Positions 1 through 9,242 of a stretch of 64,000 nt of DNA are shown piece by piece. The position numbers and the translations under genes were made by a program. The notes under the pieces are model-generated. The model was not told the origin of the DNA. It ran no database searches and saw nothing but the letters and a program-made list of their open reading frames with translations. The stretch spans positions 224,001 through 288,000 of the forward strand of contig CAVPVX010000001.1 of the NCBI GenBank assembly GCA_963709345.1, read 5' to 3'. The DNA comes from an uncultured Actinomycetes bacterium (GTDB taxonomy: Bacteria > Actinomycetota > Thermoleophilia > UBA2241). Positions within the stretch are counted from its first letter, which is position 1, and each line of letters starts with the position of its first letter.

Positions 1-588
1 ATCCTCGCCGGGCTGCTCGACCTCGGAGTCGAGGTCGCCGGCTCGACGCTGGTCGTAGCCGGCGCCGGCGCCGGCTACGCCTACGTCGTGCAGGCGCTCG
101 GCCGGCTCGGGGCGCGCGTGCTCGTGGCCGCGCCGGACACGGCCGGCCGCATCGGGCTCTACGGCGGCGAGCGCATCGGCGAGACGCTCGGCGACGAGTC
201 CGTCGTCGGCCGCCTCGCCGAAGCGGACGCGCTCGTGCTGTGCCCGGGTCCGGGCGGCGAGCGCTGGGTGGGGCCCGGCGCCGTCGTGGACGCGGCCCGC
301 CTGGCGGCCGCCGCGCCGCACCTCGCCGTAGCCGGCTTCAGAGCCGAGGCGGACCTGCGCACCCTCGCGACGGCCGGCCTGCACTGCCGGCCGGCCGGCG
401 ACACCCGCGATCTCTTCGACCTGCTGCCGCAGCCGCTCGTCGCCCTGCACGCCGCGGGGCTGAAGGTCGGTGAGGTCATGGCGCGTGCCCGGCGCCGCGG
501 TTCGTCCCCGCTCGCGGCGGAGCAACTGGCAGCCGCCGACGCGCACGCCGAACTGCTTCCCCAGGACCTCGGCGGCCGGCGCCGGTGA
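1..588 (+). CDS. Hypothetical protein of the polysaccharide cluster (5'-partial), possibly Rossmann-like
   Basis: Frame 1 open from base 1 (ILAGLLDLGVEVAGSTLVVAGAG...) to TGA 588; Gly-rich beta-strand motif; C-terminal LHAAGLKVGE. Confidence 0.6.
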   Translation: MLAGLLDLGVEVAGSTLVVAGAGAGYAYVVQALGRLGARVLVAAPDTAGRIGLYGGERIGETLGDESVVGRLAEADALVLCPGPGGERWVGPGAVVDAARLAAAAPHLAVAGFRAEADLRTLATAGLHCRPAGDTRDLFDLLPQPLVALHAAGLKVGEVMARARRRGSSPLAAEQLAAADAHAELLPQDLGGRRR

Positions 589-694
589 TAAACTAGCCTC
601 CCGACGACGGCGACCGGCGGCCGGCGGCCGTCCCCGCAGCCGGCCGATCCCACCAGCTCCCGGAGGCACCACGAACCCGCTCGCCAAGCTCCGC

Positions 695-2413
695 ATGGGT
701 AAGCGCAAGAAGGCCGGCAGCCACGGCTACTCGCTGCTGCTCAAGGATTCGGTGATCTACGGCGCCGGGCGCGCGCTGCAGAAGTTCCTCGTCGCACTCC
801 TGCTTCCCCTCTACACCGCCTTCCTCACCCAGGCGGACTACGGCATCCTCGGCATGGTCGTCACGGTCACGACCTTGCTCGACGTCTTCGTCACGCTGGG
901 CTTCGACGTCGCCTTCAGCCGCTTCTACTTCGACGACAAGGGCGAGGCGGCGCGCCGGCGCGTCATCACCAACGTCTTCTACGTGTCCACCGTCTACCCG
1001 CTGATCCTCCTCGGGACGGTGGGAGTACTCATGCCGCGACTCGCGCCGCTCCTGCTCGGCAAGGAGTACGACACCGGCGACTGGCGCTACTTCGCCGTAG
1101 CGCTCGCGACGCTCTTCTTCAGCAACCTCAACGACCTGCCCTTCACGCTGTTCCGCCTCGAGCACCGGCCGTGGATCTTCTCCGCGTACACGATCGGCCG
1201 GGTACTGGTCCAGGTACCCCTCTCCATCGTCTTCGTCGCCGTCTTCGACTGGGGGCCCATGGGCGTGCTGCTCGCCAACCTCTTCACCGCCGCCGGCATG
1301 CAGTGCGGTCTGTTACCCACCTACATCCGCAAGGTCGACTGGCGCTGGCACTGGCAACTCATGAGGCCGATGCTGGCGTTCGCCGTCCCGGCGCTGTTCA
1401 CCGGCGTCTCGTTCTACTGGCTCAAGCTGTCGGACCGCTACTTCCTGCTCCACTACCAGGGCAAAGCGGTCGTCGGCCTCTACACGGTCGCGTACTCGCT
1501 CAGCCAGCCGCTGTACCTCACGCTGATGGCGTTCCGCATGGCGTGGCCGCAGTGGCACTACGCCAAGCTGCACGAGCCCGAGAGGCACAAACGGATGGTC
1601 GCGCGCTCGTCGACGTACTTCCTCGCCCTGAACGCCCTCCTGCTCGTGCTGATAGGCGCCTTCATGCCGCTCATCGTCCACACCTTCCTCAACGAGCGCT
1701 TCTGGAGCATCGGCCCTACGACCGTCGTGCTCTCCCTCTCGGTGGTCGTGTACGCCGTCTACTTCGTCTTCTGGGTCGGCTCCAACGTCGCCAAGAAGAA
1801 CCGCATGATCCCGGTCTTCTTCCTGATAGCCTCGGGGGTGAACATCGGTCTCAACTTCCTCCTGGTGCCGCGGTACGGCATGTACGCGGCGGCATGGACC
1901 CACGTGGCGGGCTTCGCGATCCTGGCGGTGACCGTCTACTTCTACTCGGAGAAGTGGTACCCGATCCCCTACGAGTGGCGGCGGCTCCTCAAGATCGTCC
2001 TCGCGACCGTGCTGACCCTGGCCGCGGCCTGGGGCATCGCGCGGGCCTTCGGCCAGAGCGTGTACATGCCCTACGACGAGCTGGTCGTGAGCTCGCTGGC
2101 GCAGGTCCCGGCCCTTCTCGTGTTCCCGCTCGCGCTCCTCGCCACGGGGTTCTTCACACCGGGCGAGCGTGACAAGCTGCGCCGCGCGTTCGGGCGGCTG
2201 TCCGGGCGGCGAAGCGTGCCCGCGCCTGCGGAGGACGCGGCCGTGCCGGCCGCCGCGGCGGCGGCGCTCCCGGCCGCGGCGGGCGGCGAAGAAGTCGACC
2301 GCAGCTCGCGCCTCAGCGCCGACGACATCGAGGCCGAGGAAGAAGAGCTCGAGATGGAGAAGGCAGCCGACATCGACCTCATCGAAGGCCCCACCACGAC
2401 CACCATCACCTGA
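695..2413 (+). CDS. Oligosaccharide flippase (Wzx / polysaccharide biosynthesis family)
   Basis: ~14 hydrophobic segments; typical N-terminus 'KDSVIYG..LLPLYTAFLT..DYG'; start placed at ATG 695. Confidence 0.85.
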   Translation: MGKRKKAGSHGYSLLLKDSVIYGAGRALQKFLVALLLPLYTAFLTQADYGILGMVVTVTTLLDVFVTLGFDVAFSRFYFDDKGEAARRRVITNVFYVSTVYPLILLGTVGVLMPRLAPLLLGKEYDTGDWRYFAVALATLFFSNLNDLPFTLFRLEHRPWIFSAYTIGRVLVQVPLSIVFVAVFDWGPMGVLLANLFTAAGMQCGLLPTYIRKVDWRWHWQLMRPMLAFAVPALFTGVSFYWLKLSDRYFLLHYQGKAVVGLYTVAYSLSQPLYLTLMAFRMAWPQWHYAKLHEPERHKRMVARSSTYFLALNALLLVLIGAFMPLIVHTFLNERFWSIGPTTVVLSLSVVVYAVYFVFWVGSNVAKKNRMIPVFFLIASGVNIGLNFLLVPRYGMYAAAWTHVAGFAILAVTVYFYSEKWYPIPYEWRRLLKIVLATVLTLAAAWGIARAFGQSVYMPYDELVVSSLAQVPALLVFPLALLATGFFTPGERDKLRRAFGRLSGRRSVPAPAEDAAVPAAAAAALPAAAGGEEVDRSSRLSADDIEAEEEELEMEKAADIDLIEGPTTTTIT

Positions 2414-2431
2414 CGCAAGGATGGCCGCCGC

Positions 2432-3670
2432 ATGACCCCCCGCACAGCGAAGAAGCTGCTCGTGATCGCAAATCCGTACCCGCCGATGGCGAGCGCCGGT
2501 ACGACGCGGGTCGTCCGCTTTCTGCGGCACCTGCCGGAGCACGGCTGGGAGCCGGCCGTGCTCACGGCGAAGGCCGAAGGCCCGGCGGCACTCCCGCCGG
2601 GGGTGCGCGTCGCGCGCGCGACCGTACCGTGGCCGCGCCGGTTGCTCGGCGGCGGCCCGCGCAGCACGAAGGTGAACGGCTGGGTCGCGGTTCCCGACCC
2701 GTACTTCGCCTGGGTCGGGCCGGCCGTGCTCAAGGGCCGCGAGATCTTCAAGCGCGAGCGCTTCGACGCCATCTTCAGCAGCTCGCCGCGGGCGAGCGTG
2801 CACCTCGTCGCCGCAGTCCTCTCCGAGCACGCCGACGTACCGTGGCTGGCCGACTACCGCGACCCGTGGTCGACCTACCAGTTCAGAAAGTACCCGACCG
2901 GCGCGCACAAGAACGCCCACGCCCGACTCGAGTCGTGGGCCCTGGAACGCGCCGCCGCCGTGACCGCCGTGAACCGGCCGATCGTCGACGACCTCGTCGC
3001 GCGGCATCCCTGGCTGGACGGCCGCACGCACGTGCTCCCCAACGGGTTCGACCGCGCAGAGGTGCCGGCGGACGTATCGCTCGGCGAAGGCTTCTGGATC
3101 GTGCACACCGGCCGGCTCTACGGACGCGAGCAGCAGGTGAGCGCCTTCCTCACCGCCCTCGCCGGCCTGCCGCCCGACGTCAAGGCGCTGTTCGTCGGCG
3201 TCGACGAGACCCGCATACGCCCGGACGCCGAGCGACTGGGGCTCGGCGACCGCGTCCGCGTCGAACCACTCGTGCCTCTCGACGAGGCGCTCGGCTACCA
3301 GCGGGCGGCCGACGCGCTGCTGCTCGTGAACGGACGCCGGCCGGAGAGCATGTCCAGCAAGGTCTTCGAGTACCTGCAGGCCGGCCGGCCGATCTTCGCC
3401 ATCTCGCCGGCCGGCTCGGCCGCACGGGGGCTCTTCGAGGAGGTCGGCGGCGGCACCTGCGTGCTGCCAGACGACCCGATGGGCGAGCCCCTCGCGGCCT
3501 TCGTCGCCGAATCTCGCGCCGGCGCGGTGGCACGCGCGGAGCCGGCGGCCCTCGAGCGCTACGAGCTGGGCCGCCTCACCAGCGACCTGGCCGCGATCCT
3601 CGACGGCCTTGCAGTGCCGCTCGCGAGCACCGGGCAGGTGGGCGGGGGCGCTGGTACCATGGACGAATGA
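2432..3670 (+). CDS. Glycosyltransferase family 4
   Basis: N-terminal YPP..GTTR, DYRDPW, PNGFD, 'SSKVFEY' GT-B motif. Confidence 0.88.
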   Translation: MTPRTAKKLLVIANPYPPMASAGTTRVVRFLRHLPEHGWEPAVLTAKAEGPAALPPGVRVARATVPWPRRLLGGGPRSTKVNGWVAVPDPYFAWVGPAVLKGREIFKRERFDAIFSSSPRASVHLVAAVLSEHADVPWLADYRDPWSTYQFRKYPTGAHKNAHARLESWALERAAAVTAVNRPIVDDLVARHPWLDGRTHVLPNGFDRAEVPADVSLGEGFWIVHTGRLYGREQQVSAFLTALAGLPPDVKALFVGVDETRIRPDAERLGLGDRVRVEPLVPLDEALGYQRAADALLLVNGRRPESMSSKVFEYLQAGRPIFAISPAGSAARGLFEEVGGGTCVLPDDPMGEPLAAFVAESRAGAVARAEPAALERYELGRLTSDLAAILDGLAVPLASTGQVGGGAGTMDE

Positions 3671-5271
3671 GCGGCGGCCCCTCAACGGACGTACACGCCG
3701 GCCCCGTTTCCGGGGCCGCCCCACGGCGGCGACTCGGCCGCGGCGACGCGGCGCTGCTCACCGGCGGCGCCGTACTGACCGCGCTTCTCGCCGCCGCGGC
3801 CACGCTGCGCCCCGGCGCCGTCGTCGGGGTCCTCGTCGTGCTGTCCTTCGCAGCGCTGGTACTGCTCGGCCGCGAGCGCATGGCACGCACGCGTGTCGGC
3901 GCCGTGCTCACGGCCCTGCTCGTCTCGCTGCCGCTGCTCGCCCTGCTCGGCCCGTCGTTCGCGGCGTCGGCCTTCCCCCAAGCTTTCCTCTTCCGCGTCG
4001 TGCTCGCGCTTGTCGTGTATGCCGGCATGTGCTTCGTGATCGTTCTGCGCGACCCCCTGCCGTTCGCTGCCAAGGATCTGGCGCTGCCGGCCGCGCTCTG
4101 GTTCGCCTGGCTGCTGCTGAGCGTCACCTGGGCGCCGGATAAGCTCGTCGCCTTCAACTACGTCGCCATCGTCGTGACCATGGCGGCGGTCCTCGCGGCG
4201 ACGGCGGCGGCCGGGGGTACCCGCCTTCGCCTGCGCTGGTTCGGCTACTCCATGATCGTCGGGTACGCGTTCATCGTCGGCTTCACACTCCTCGAATCGC
4301 GCTTCGGCATCAGGCTTCCAACGTCGCGGCTGCTCACCACGGTGACGTCGCAGACGTTCGCCGTCACCAGCGTCTTCCACAATCAGAACGACCTCGCCAC
4401 CTACCTGGCCATCTGCTGGCCGTTCATGCTCTGCGCCTGCTTCTTCACCAGGCGCGCCGCCTGGCTCGCGCTCACCACGGTCTTCATCCTGCTCGGCGGC
4501 TACGCCTTCGTGCGCACCGGATCACGCTCCAGCCTGATGGCGGCGGGCATCTCGTCGCTCTCGGCCGTCGTCCTCTTCTGGCACCTCGGTCCCCGCCTTT
4601 CCACACGCGCCGGCAAGCTCGCTGTGGGCGTCGTCATCGCGCTCCTCGTCGTCGTCGGCGGGTGGCTCCTCTTCAACGACTCCCAGAACGTCATGCTGCG
4701 GCAGTTCCGCCTCGAGGCGCTGATCAGCCAGGCGCAGTCGAACACCGGCTCCGGCGCCATCCGTGCCAGCCTCACCGACCGAGGCCTGCAGATCGCCGGC
4801 GCCAGCTACCTGCGCGGCGCCGGCGCCGGTCAGGCCGAGGGGATCATCGCGTCGGGCATCGACGCGCTCGGCATCTCGAACCTGCACAACTGGTGGCTCG
4901 AGACATACGCTGACGGAGGCCTCGTGGGCTTCGCCCTGCATCTCGGCTTCTTCATCCTCCTCGTGCTTGCTCTCTGGCCCGTCGCGCGCCGCGACCCCGA
5001 CCCCTTCGTGCGCTACCTGGCCGGCGGAACGGTGCTCGCCCTGCTCGGCTTCACGATCGGCGCCGTCGGGCCGAGCAGCTCCGTGGGCTTCGCGCCCATG
5101 TGGATCCTGTACGGCCTGGGACTTGCCGTCGTTTCGCGAGCGCGGCTGGGTGCGCGGGAGCGAGCGCAGAGCCTGAAACCCGCGGATGGCCCGGAGGCGG
5201 CGGACGCAGCCGGGTCGGCGATGCCAGATACGGCCACGACCACAACCACGACGACCACGAGGCTTCCATGA
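3667..5271 (+). CDS. O-antigen ligase / Wzy-type polymerase family membrane protein
   Basis: Multi-TM; 'FHNQNDLA', 'TGSRS', 'LHNWWLE..DGG.VG' motifs; ATG overlaps upstream stop. Confidence 0.85.
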   Translation: MSGGPSTDVHAGPVSGAAPRRRLGRGDAALLTGGAVLTALLAAAATLRPGAVVGVLVVLSFAALVLLGRERMARTRVGAVLTALLVSLPLLALLGPSFAASAFPQAFLFRVVLALVVYAGMCFVIVLRDPLPFAAKDLALPAALWFAWLLLSVTWAPDKLVAFNYVAIVVTMAAVLAATAAAGGTRLRLRWFGYSMIVGYAFIVGFTLLESRFGIRLPTSRLLTTVTSQTFAVTSVFHNQNDLATYLAICWPFMLCACFFTRRAAWLALTTVFILLGGYAFVRTGSRSSLMAAGISSLSAVVLFWHLGPRLSTRAGKLAVGVVIALLVVVGGWLLFNDSQNVMLRQFRLEALISQAQSNTGSGAIRASLTDRGLQIAGASYLRGAGAGQAEGIIASGIDALGISNLHNWWLETYADGGLVGFALHLGFFILLVLALWPVARRDPDPFVRYLAGGTVLALLGFTIGAVGPSSSVGFAPMWILYGLGLAVVSRARLGARERAQSLKPADGPEAADAAGSAMPDTATTTTTTTTRLP

Positions 5272-6305
5272 CCCTGCCCCCGCTGAAGATCGTCCTCACC
5301 GCCGCCGGCTGCCCGGGCGCCAGCACGCTGATCCGCATGCTCAAGGCGAACGGCGAGCGCGAGATCGCCATCCACGGAGTCGACATGCGACCGGACGCCA
5401 TCGGGCGCTTCTTGTGCGACGGCTTCAGCCTGGTGCCATCCGGGACCGCGCCCGACTACGTCCCGGCCCTGCTCGAAGTCGTCGGGCGCGAGCGACCGGA
5501 CGTCCTCCTGGTGCAGTCATCCGGCGAGGTGGAGGCGGTCGCGCGCTCCCGCCTGTCGTTCACGGACCTGGGTGCGGCCGTTCTCGTCGCCGGTCCCGAA
5601 GCCATCGCGGTCTGCAACGACAAGGCCGCGATGCACGCGGCGCTTCGGGGCACGCCCGTCGTGCAGCCCCGCGCGCTGACGCCGGCGAGCATCGAGGAGT
5701 TCGTCGCGGGCGCTCACGAGCTCGGCTACCCGGACGCGCCGGTGTGCTTCAAGCCCCCGGTCGCGAAGGGCTCGCGCGGCTTCCACATCGTCGCCGCAGG
5801 CGGCCGCGCCGGTCTGCTCGAGCAGCGCGGCTGGGCGGCCGTGCTCACGCTCGAGGAGGCCGCCGCGGCGCTGCGCCACGGCGGCGCCTTCCCACGGCTC
5901 CTACTCATGGAGTACGTCGATGCCCCGGAGTTCGTCGTCGACGCGCTGGTCGACGACGGTGAGATCGTGCTCTACCAGGCCAAAACGCGCGAGGCCGTGA
6001 AAGCCGGCCTCGCGATGTCCTTCCGCACCGTCGAGAGTCCGGAGCTCGTCGCCGCCTCGCGCCACCTCTGCCGCGCCCTCAGCCTGGACAAGTTCGTCAG
6101 CATCCAGTTCATTGGCGACCGGCTCCTCGAGGTGAATCCCAGGGTCTCCACGTTCGTCTACCAGGAGGACTTCATCCTGCCGTACCTTGGGATCAAGTAC
6201 GCCCTGGGCGAGCTGGACGCCGAAGGCGTGGCGCTCGCCCAGTCGCGCGTGCGCACCTCACGCCACTCGATACGCTACTACGACCAGGTGTTCTGGGACG
6301 AGTGA
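5268..6305 (+). CDS. ATP-grasp protein (carbamoyl-phosphate synthase large subunit-like, polysaccharide-cluster type)
   Basis: 'CNDK', 'FKP...GSRG', 'LLMEY', 'LEVNPR'. Confidence 0.85.
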   Translation: MTLPPLKIVLTAAGCPGASTLIRMLKANGEREIAIHGVDMRPDAIGRFLCDGFSLVPSGTAPDYVPALLEVVGRERPDVLLVQSSGEVEAVARSRLSFTDLGAAVLVAGPEAIAVCNDKAAMHAALRGTPVVQPRALTPASIEEFVAGAHELGYPDAPVCFKPPVAKGSRGFHIVAAGGRAGLLEQRGWAAVLTLEEAAAALRHGGAFPRLLLMEYVDAPEFVVDALVDDGEIVLYQAKTREAVKAGLAMSFRTVESPELVAASRHLCRALSLDKFVSIQFIGDRLLEVNPRVSTFVYQEDFILPYLGIKYALGELDAEGVALAQSRVRTSRHSIRYYDQVFWDE

Positions 6306-6343
6306 CGGGCGGCGGCGGGCCGCGGTCGCCGCCACGGACGCGG

Positions 6344-6352
6344 TGCTATACT
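6344..6352 (+). promoter_or_regulatory. Extended -10 promoter (TGnTATACT), internal to the cluster
   Basis: TGCTATACT in the intergenic gap, followed by AGGAGG RBS and GTG 6417. Confidence 0.55.
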
Positions 6353-6416
6353 GCCCGTTCACCAGCTCGTGCACGCGCGCGTGCGCGGTTTCGGCAACGT
6401 CAAGGAGGCGCGCATC

Positions 6417-7067
6417 GTGAACTGGGACGACTACGAGCACCACGCCCCAAGCGGCTCCTGGATCGCCAAAGACTTCCGCCACGGAAGCGACTTCGAGCAC
6501 GGGCTGCAGTGCATCATCGACCCCGATGTCGTCGTCGGCGACGACGTGCGTCTGGGTCACCGGGTGCACCTCGCCTCCGGCACCCGCGTCCTCGACGACG
6601 TCGAGATCGCCGACGACTGCGTGACCACGGGCATCTCTCTGCTGGGCAACCACGTCCGCGTGCGCACCGGCAGTTGCATCTCCAAAGCCGTCATCGTCGA
6701 CGACTGGTGCTTCATCGCCGCCGGCATCATGAGCTCGCACACCAAGAACATCGACCACGCGCGTCCCCGGGCGTCGAAGCGCCAGCTCATCACGCGTTTC
6801 GGGTACGGCTCCATCATCGGTAGCCGCACGAACATCAGCGCCGGCGTCAGCGTCGCCTCCGGGGCGATCGTCGGCTACGGCTCGCAGGTCGTCGTCGACC
6901 TCGAGGTCGCCAATGGCGTGTACTACAACGACCCACACCCGTGGGCCACGCTGCAGCGCGAACTCGCCCCTGACAACCCGTACTACATCGAGGTCGCGGC
7001 AGGGTACGTGCCGCACGAGTTCGACGCAGAACTCCTCGGCAGGTACCTGCCGCACTACCGCCCGTGA
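6417..7067 (+). CDS. Hexapeptide-repeat (left-handed beta-helix) sugar acyl/acetyltransferase
   Basis: Hexapeptide repeats (VVVGDD VRLGHR, VEIADD); AGGAGG RBS before GTG. Confidence 0.75.
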   Translation: MNWDDYEHHAPSGSWIAKDFRHGSDFEHGLQCIIDPDVVVGDDVRLGHRVHLASGTRVLDDVEIADDCVTTGISLLGNHVRVRTGSCISKAVIVDDWCFIAAGIMSSHTKNIDHARPRASKRQLITRFGYGSIIGSRTNISAGVSVASGAIVGYGSQVVVDLEVANGVYYNDPHPWATLQRELAPDNPYYIEVAAGYVPHEFDAELLGRYLPHYRP

Positions 7068-7900
7068 GCGCCACCGCAGCCGAGGTCGTGCGGTTCCTCG
7101 AGGAGACCGGCCGGCTCGAGGCGCTCCTGTCGGCTCCCGGAGACGACCACGAGCGTGTCGCCCTCACCGGCGTGAGCGGCGACGTGGAAGCGGGGCCGAA
7201 TGACATCGCTTGGCGCCGTGCCCCTATCGCCTCCGCGGCAGACGCCACGGCCGGCCTGCTGATCTGTGCCGGACCGGCCGCGCCCGACGGACCTCCGACC
7301 GGTCACGTCGTGGCCGTCTGCGCCGCGCCCAGACTGGCCATGGCCGAGGTCCTCGACCGCTTCTTCTCCGAACTCGGCGTCGACCGCGACCCCTCGTACG
7401 CGGAGCCGGATCAGGCCGAGTCTGTCGCCCGCAACCACTCCTGGGTCAAGAACGCGACCGTCGGCCCCCGCGTGAGGATCGCGCAGCACGTCGTCATCGG
7501 CTGCAGCGGAATGGGCTACGAACGCGACGCCGACGGTCGTCTCGTCGGCTTTCCCCAGCTCGGCAGAGTGATACTCGAGGCGGACGTCGACGTCGCCGCG
7601 CACGCCACCATCCAGCGCGGCGCGCTCCGCGACACCGTCGTGCGCCGCGGAGCCAAGATCGGCCCACACGTCAACGTCGGGCACAACGTGGAGATCGGCG
7701 AAGACGTACTCGTCACCGGTCACGCGCAGCTCGGCGGCGGCTGCCGCCTGGGCGATCGCGTCGTCGTCTGGCAGTCGGCCGCGATCGCGAACGGCGTGAC
7801 CGTCGGCGAAGGCGCGGTCGTCGGCATGGGCGCATGCCTGCGCAAAGACGTGCGCCCGGGCGAGGTCTGGGCCGGCAACCCCGCTCGCCGGCTCCGCTGA
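7064..7900 (+). CDS. LpxD-like left-handed beta-helix N-acyltransferase
   Basis: 'VIGCSGMGY', 'FPQLGRV', 'TIQRGAL.DT', 'NVGHNVEIG', 'WAGNPAR'. Confidence 0.8.
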   Translation: MSATAAEVVRFLEETGRLEALLSAPGDDHERVALTGVSGDVEAGPNDIAWRRAPIASAADATAGLLICAGPAAPDGPPTGHVVAVCAAPRLAMAEVLDRFFSELGVDRDPSYAEPDQAESVARNHSWVKNATVGPRVRIAQHVVIGCSGMGYERDADGRLVGFPQLGRVILEADVDVAAHATIQRGALRDTVVRRGAKIGPHVNVGHNVEIGEDVLVTGHAQLGGGCRLGDRVVVWQSAAIANGVTVGEGAVVGMGACLRKDVRPGEVWAGNPARRLR

Positions 7901-8015
7901 CCACGCGCGCCGGCGCCGAGGCGCCGCGCTCTGATTGGCGACCCCGGCGCCTCGGCTTGTATCATCGCGAGCGAGCAGGAACAGGCGCCGTCGGCTGCGC
8001 CGCGAAAGGACGTGC

Positions 8016-9242
8016 ATGAGGTTCGAGCGGTTTCTTGGGAGGGCGGCGGCTCGTCACCCGGCGATCGTCCTGCAGGTCTCTTGGGCCAACGGCCTCGGCA
8101 TCATCCGCGATCTGTCTCGCCACGATGTGCCGCTGCTCGCCCTGGACGCTAACCCTCGCGCGCTCGGCCTGAACTCGCGCCGTGCCGCCGGCATGGTGTG
8201 CCCCGACCCCAAGATCGACGAGGAGGCCTTTGTGACCTTCCTCGAGGATCTCGGCCGGAGGCTGCCTCTGCGCGCCGTACTCTTCCCGACGCACGACGAG
8301 TACATCTGGCCCATCTCGCGGCACGCCGAGCGTCTCGACCCCTGGTTCATCATCCCGTTCTCCCGCTGGGAGACGATGCGGCAACTCCACGACAAGCGGG
8401 CGCAGATCGAGGGCGCTTGGCGCTGCAGCGTCGACACGCCCAAGACCGTGTTCATCGAGTCCGAGGCCGATCTCGAGCGCGGCGCCGACGAGATCGGATT
8501 CCCCGCCATCTTCAAGCCCGTCGAGTCACTGGCCTTCAAGCTCCGCTTCCACCGCCACGTTCTTGAGATCGCGAGTCGCGACGAGATGGAGAGCGTCTAC
8601 GCCCGGGCGAACGACTGCGGCACGCTGATGATGCAGGAGATCGTACCCGGAGGCGACGACGAGCTCTACACGCTCGGCTCATACCTGGACGAGGAGTCGC
8701 GCCCGCTCGCCGTGTTCACCGGGCACAAGCTACGCCAGCACCCGCCCGTGTTCGGGCACTGCCGGATGGCGGTCAGTCGCTGGGTCCCCGAAATGGCCGA
8801 CGCGGGCGTCCGTCTGCTGCGGGAGCTCGACTACCACGGCGTGAGCCAGGTCGAGTTCAAACGCGACGTCAACGACGGGCGCTACAAGCTGATGGAGATC
8901 AATGCCCGCCACTGGATGTGGCACGCGCTCGGCACCGATTCCGGCGTCGACCTCTCCTACGCCGCCTACTCCGACGCCGTCGGACGCCCCTTCATCGCTC
9001 CCTGCCAGACGGAGGGCGGCAAGTGGGTGATCTCCCTCACCGACGCGAGCGACTCGATACACGAGTGGCGCAAGGGCGAGAGGGAGCTCCTCCCTTGGAT
9101 CAGGACGTACGCGAACGTGCGGCGTGACGGGCTCTACGACCTTGCCGACCCCATGCCCGGCCTCCTGGCCACGACTCGCCAGCTCCGCCGCGTGATCACG
9201 CGGGGGCCGCACAGGGGCCACGCAGCGGGGGGCGGCGCGTGA
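8016..9242 (+). CDS. ATP-grasp carboxylate-amine ligase (D-aspartate ligase-like), paralog 1
   Basis: 'HDK', 'FPAIFKP', 'QEIVPG', 'GHKLRQHP', 'QVEFKRD..DGRYKLMEINAR'. Confidence 0.85.
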   Translation: MRFERFLGRAAARHPAIVLQVSWANGLGIIRDLSRHDVPLLALDANPRALGLNSRRAAGMVCPDPKIDEEAFVTFLEDLGRRLPLRAVLFPTHDEYIWPISRHAERLDPWFIIPFSRWETMRQLHDKRAQIEGAWRCSVDTPKTVFIESEADLERGADEIGFPAIFKPVESLAFKLRFHRHVLEIASRDEMESVYARANDCGTLMMQEIVPGGDDELYTLGSYLDEESRPLAVFTGHKLRQHPPVFGHCRMAVSRWVPEMADAGVRLLRELDYHGVSQVEFKRDVNDGRYKLMEINARHWMWHALGTDSGVDLSYAAYSDAVGRPFIAPCQTEGGKWVISLTDASDSIHEWRKGERELLPWIRTYANVRRDGLYDLADPMPGLLATTRQLRRVITRGPHRGHAAGGGA

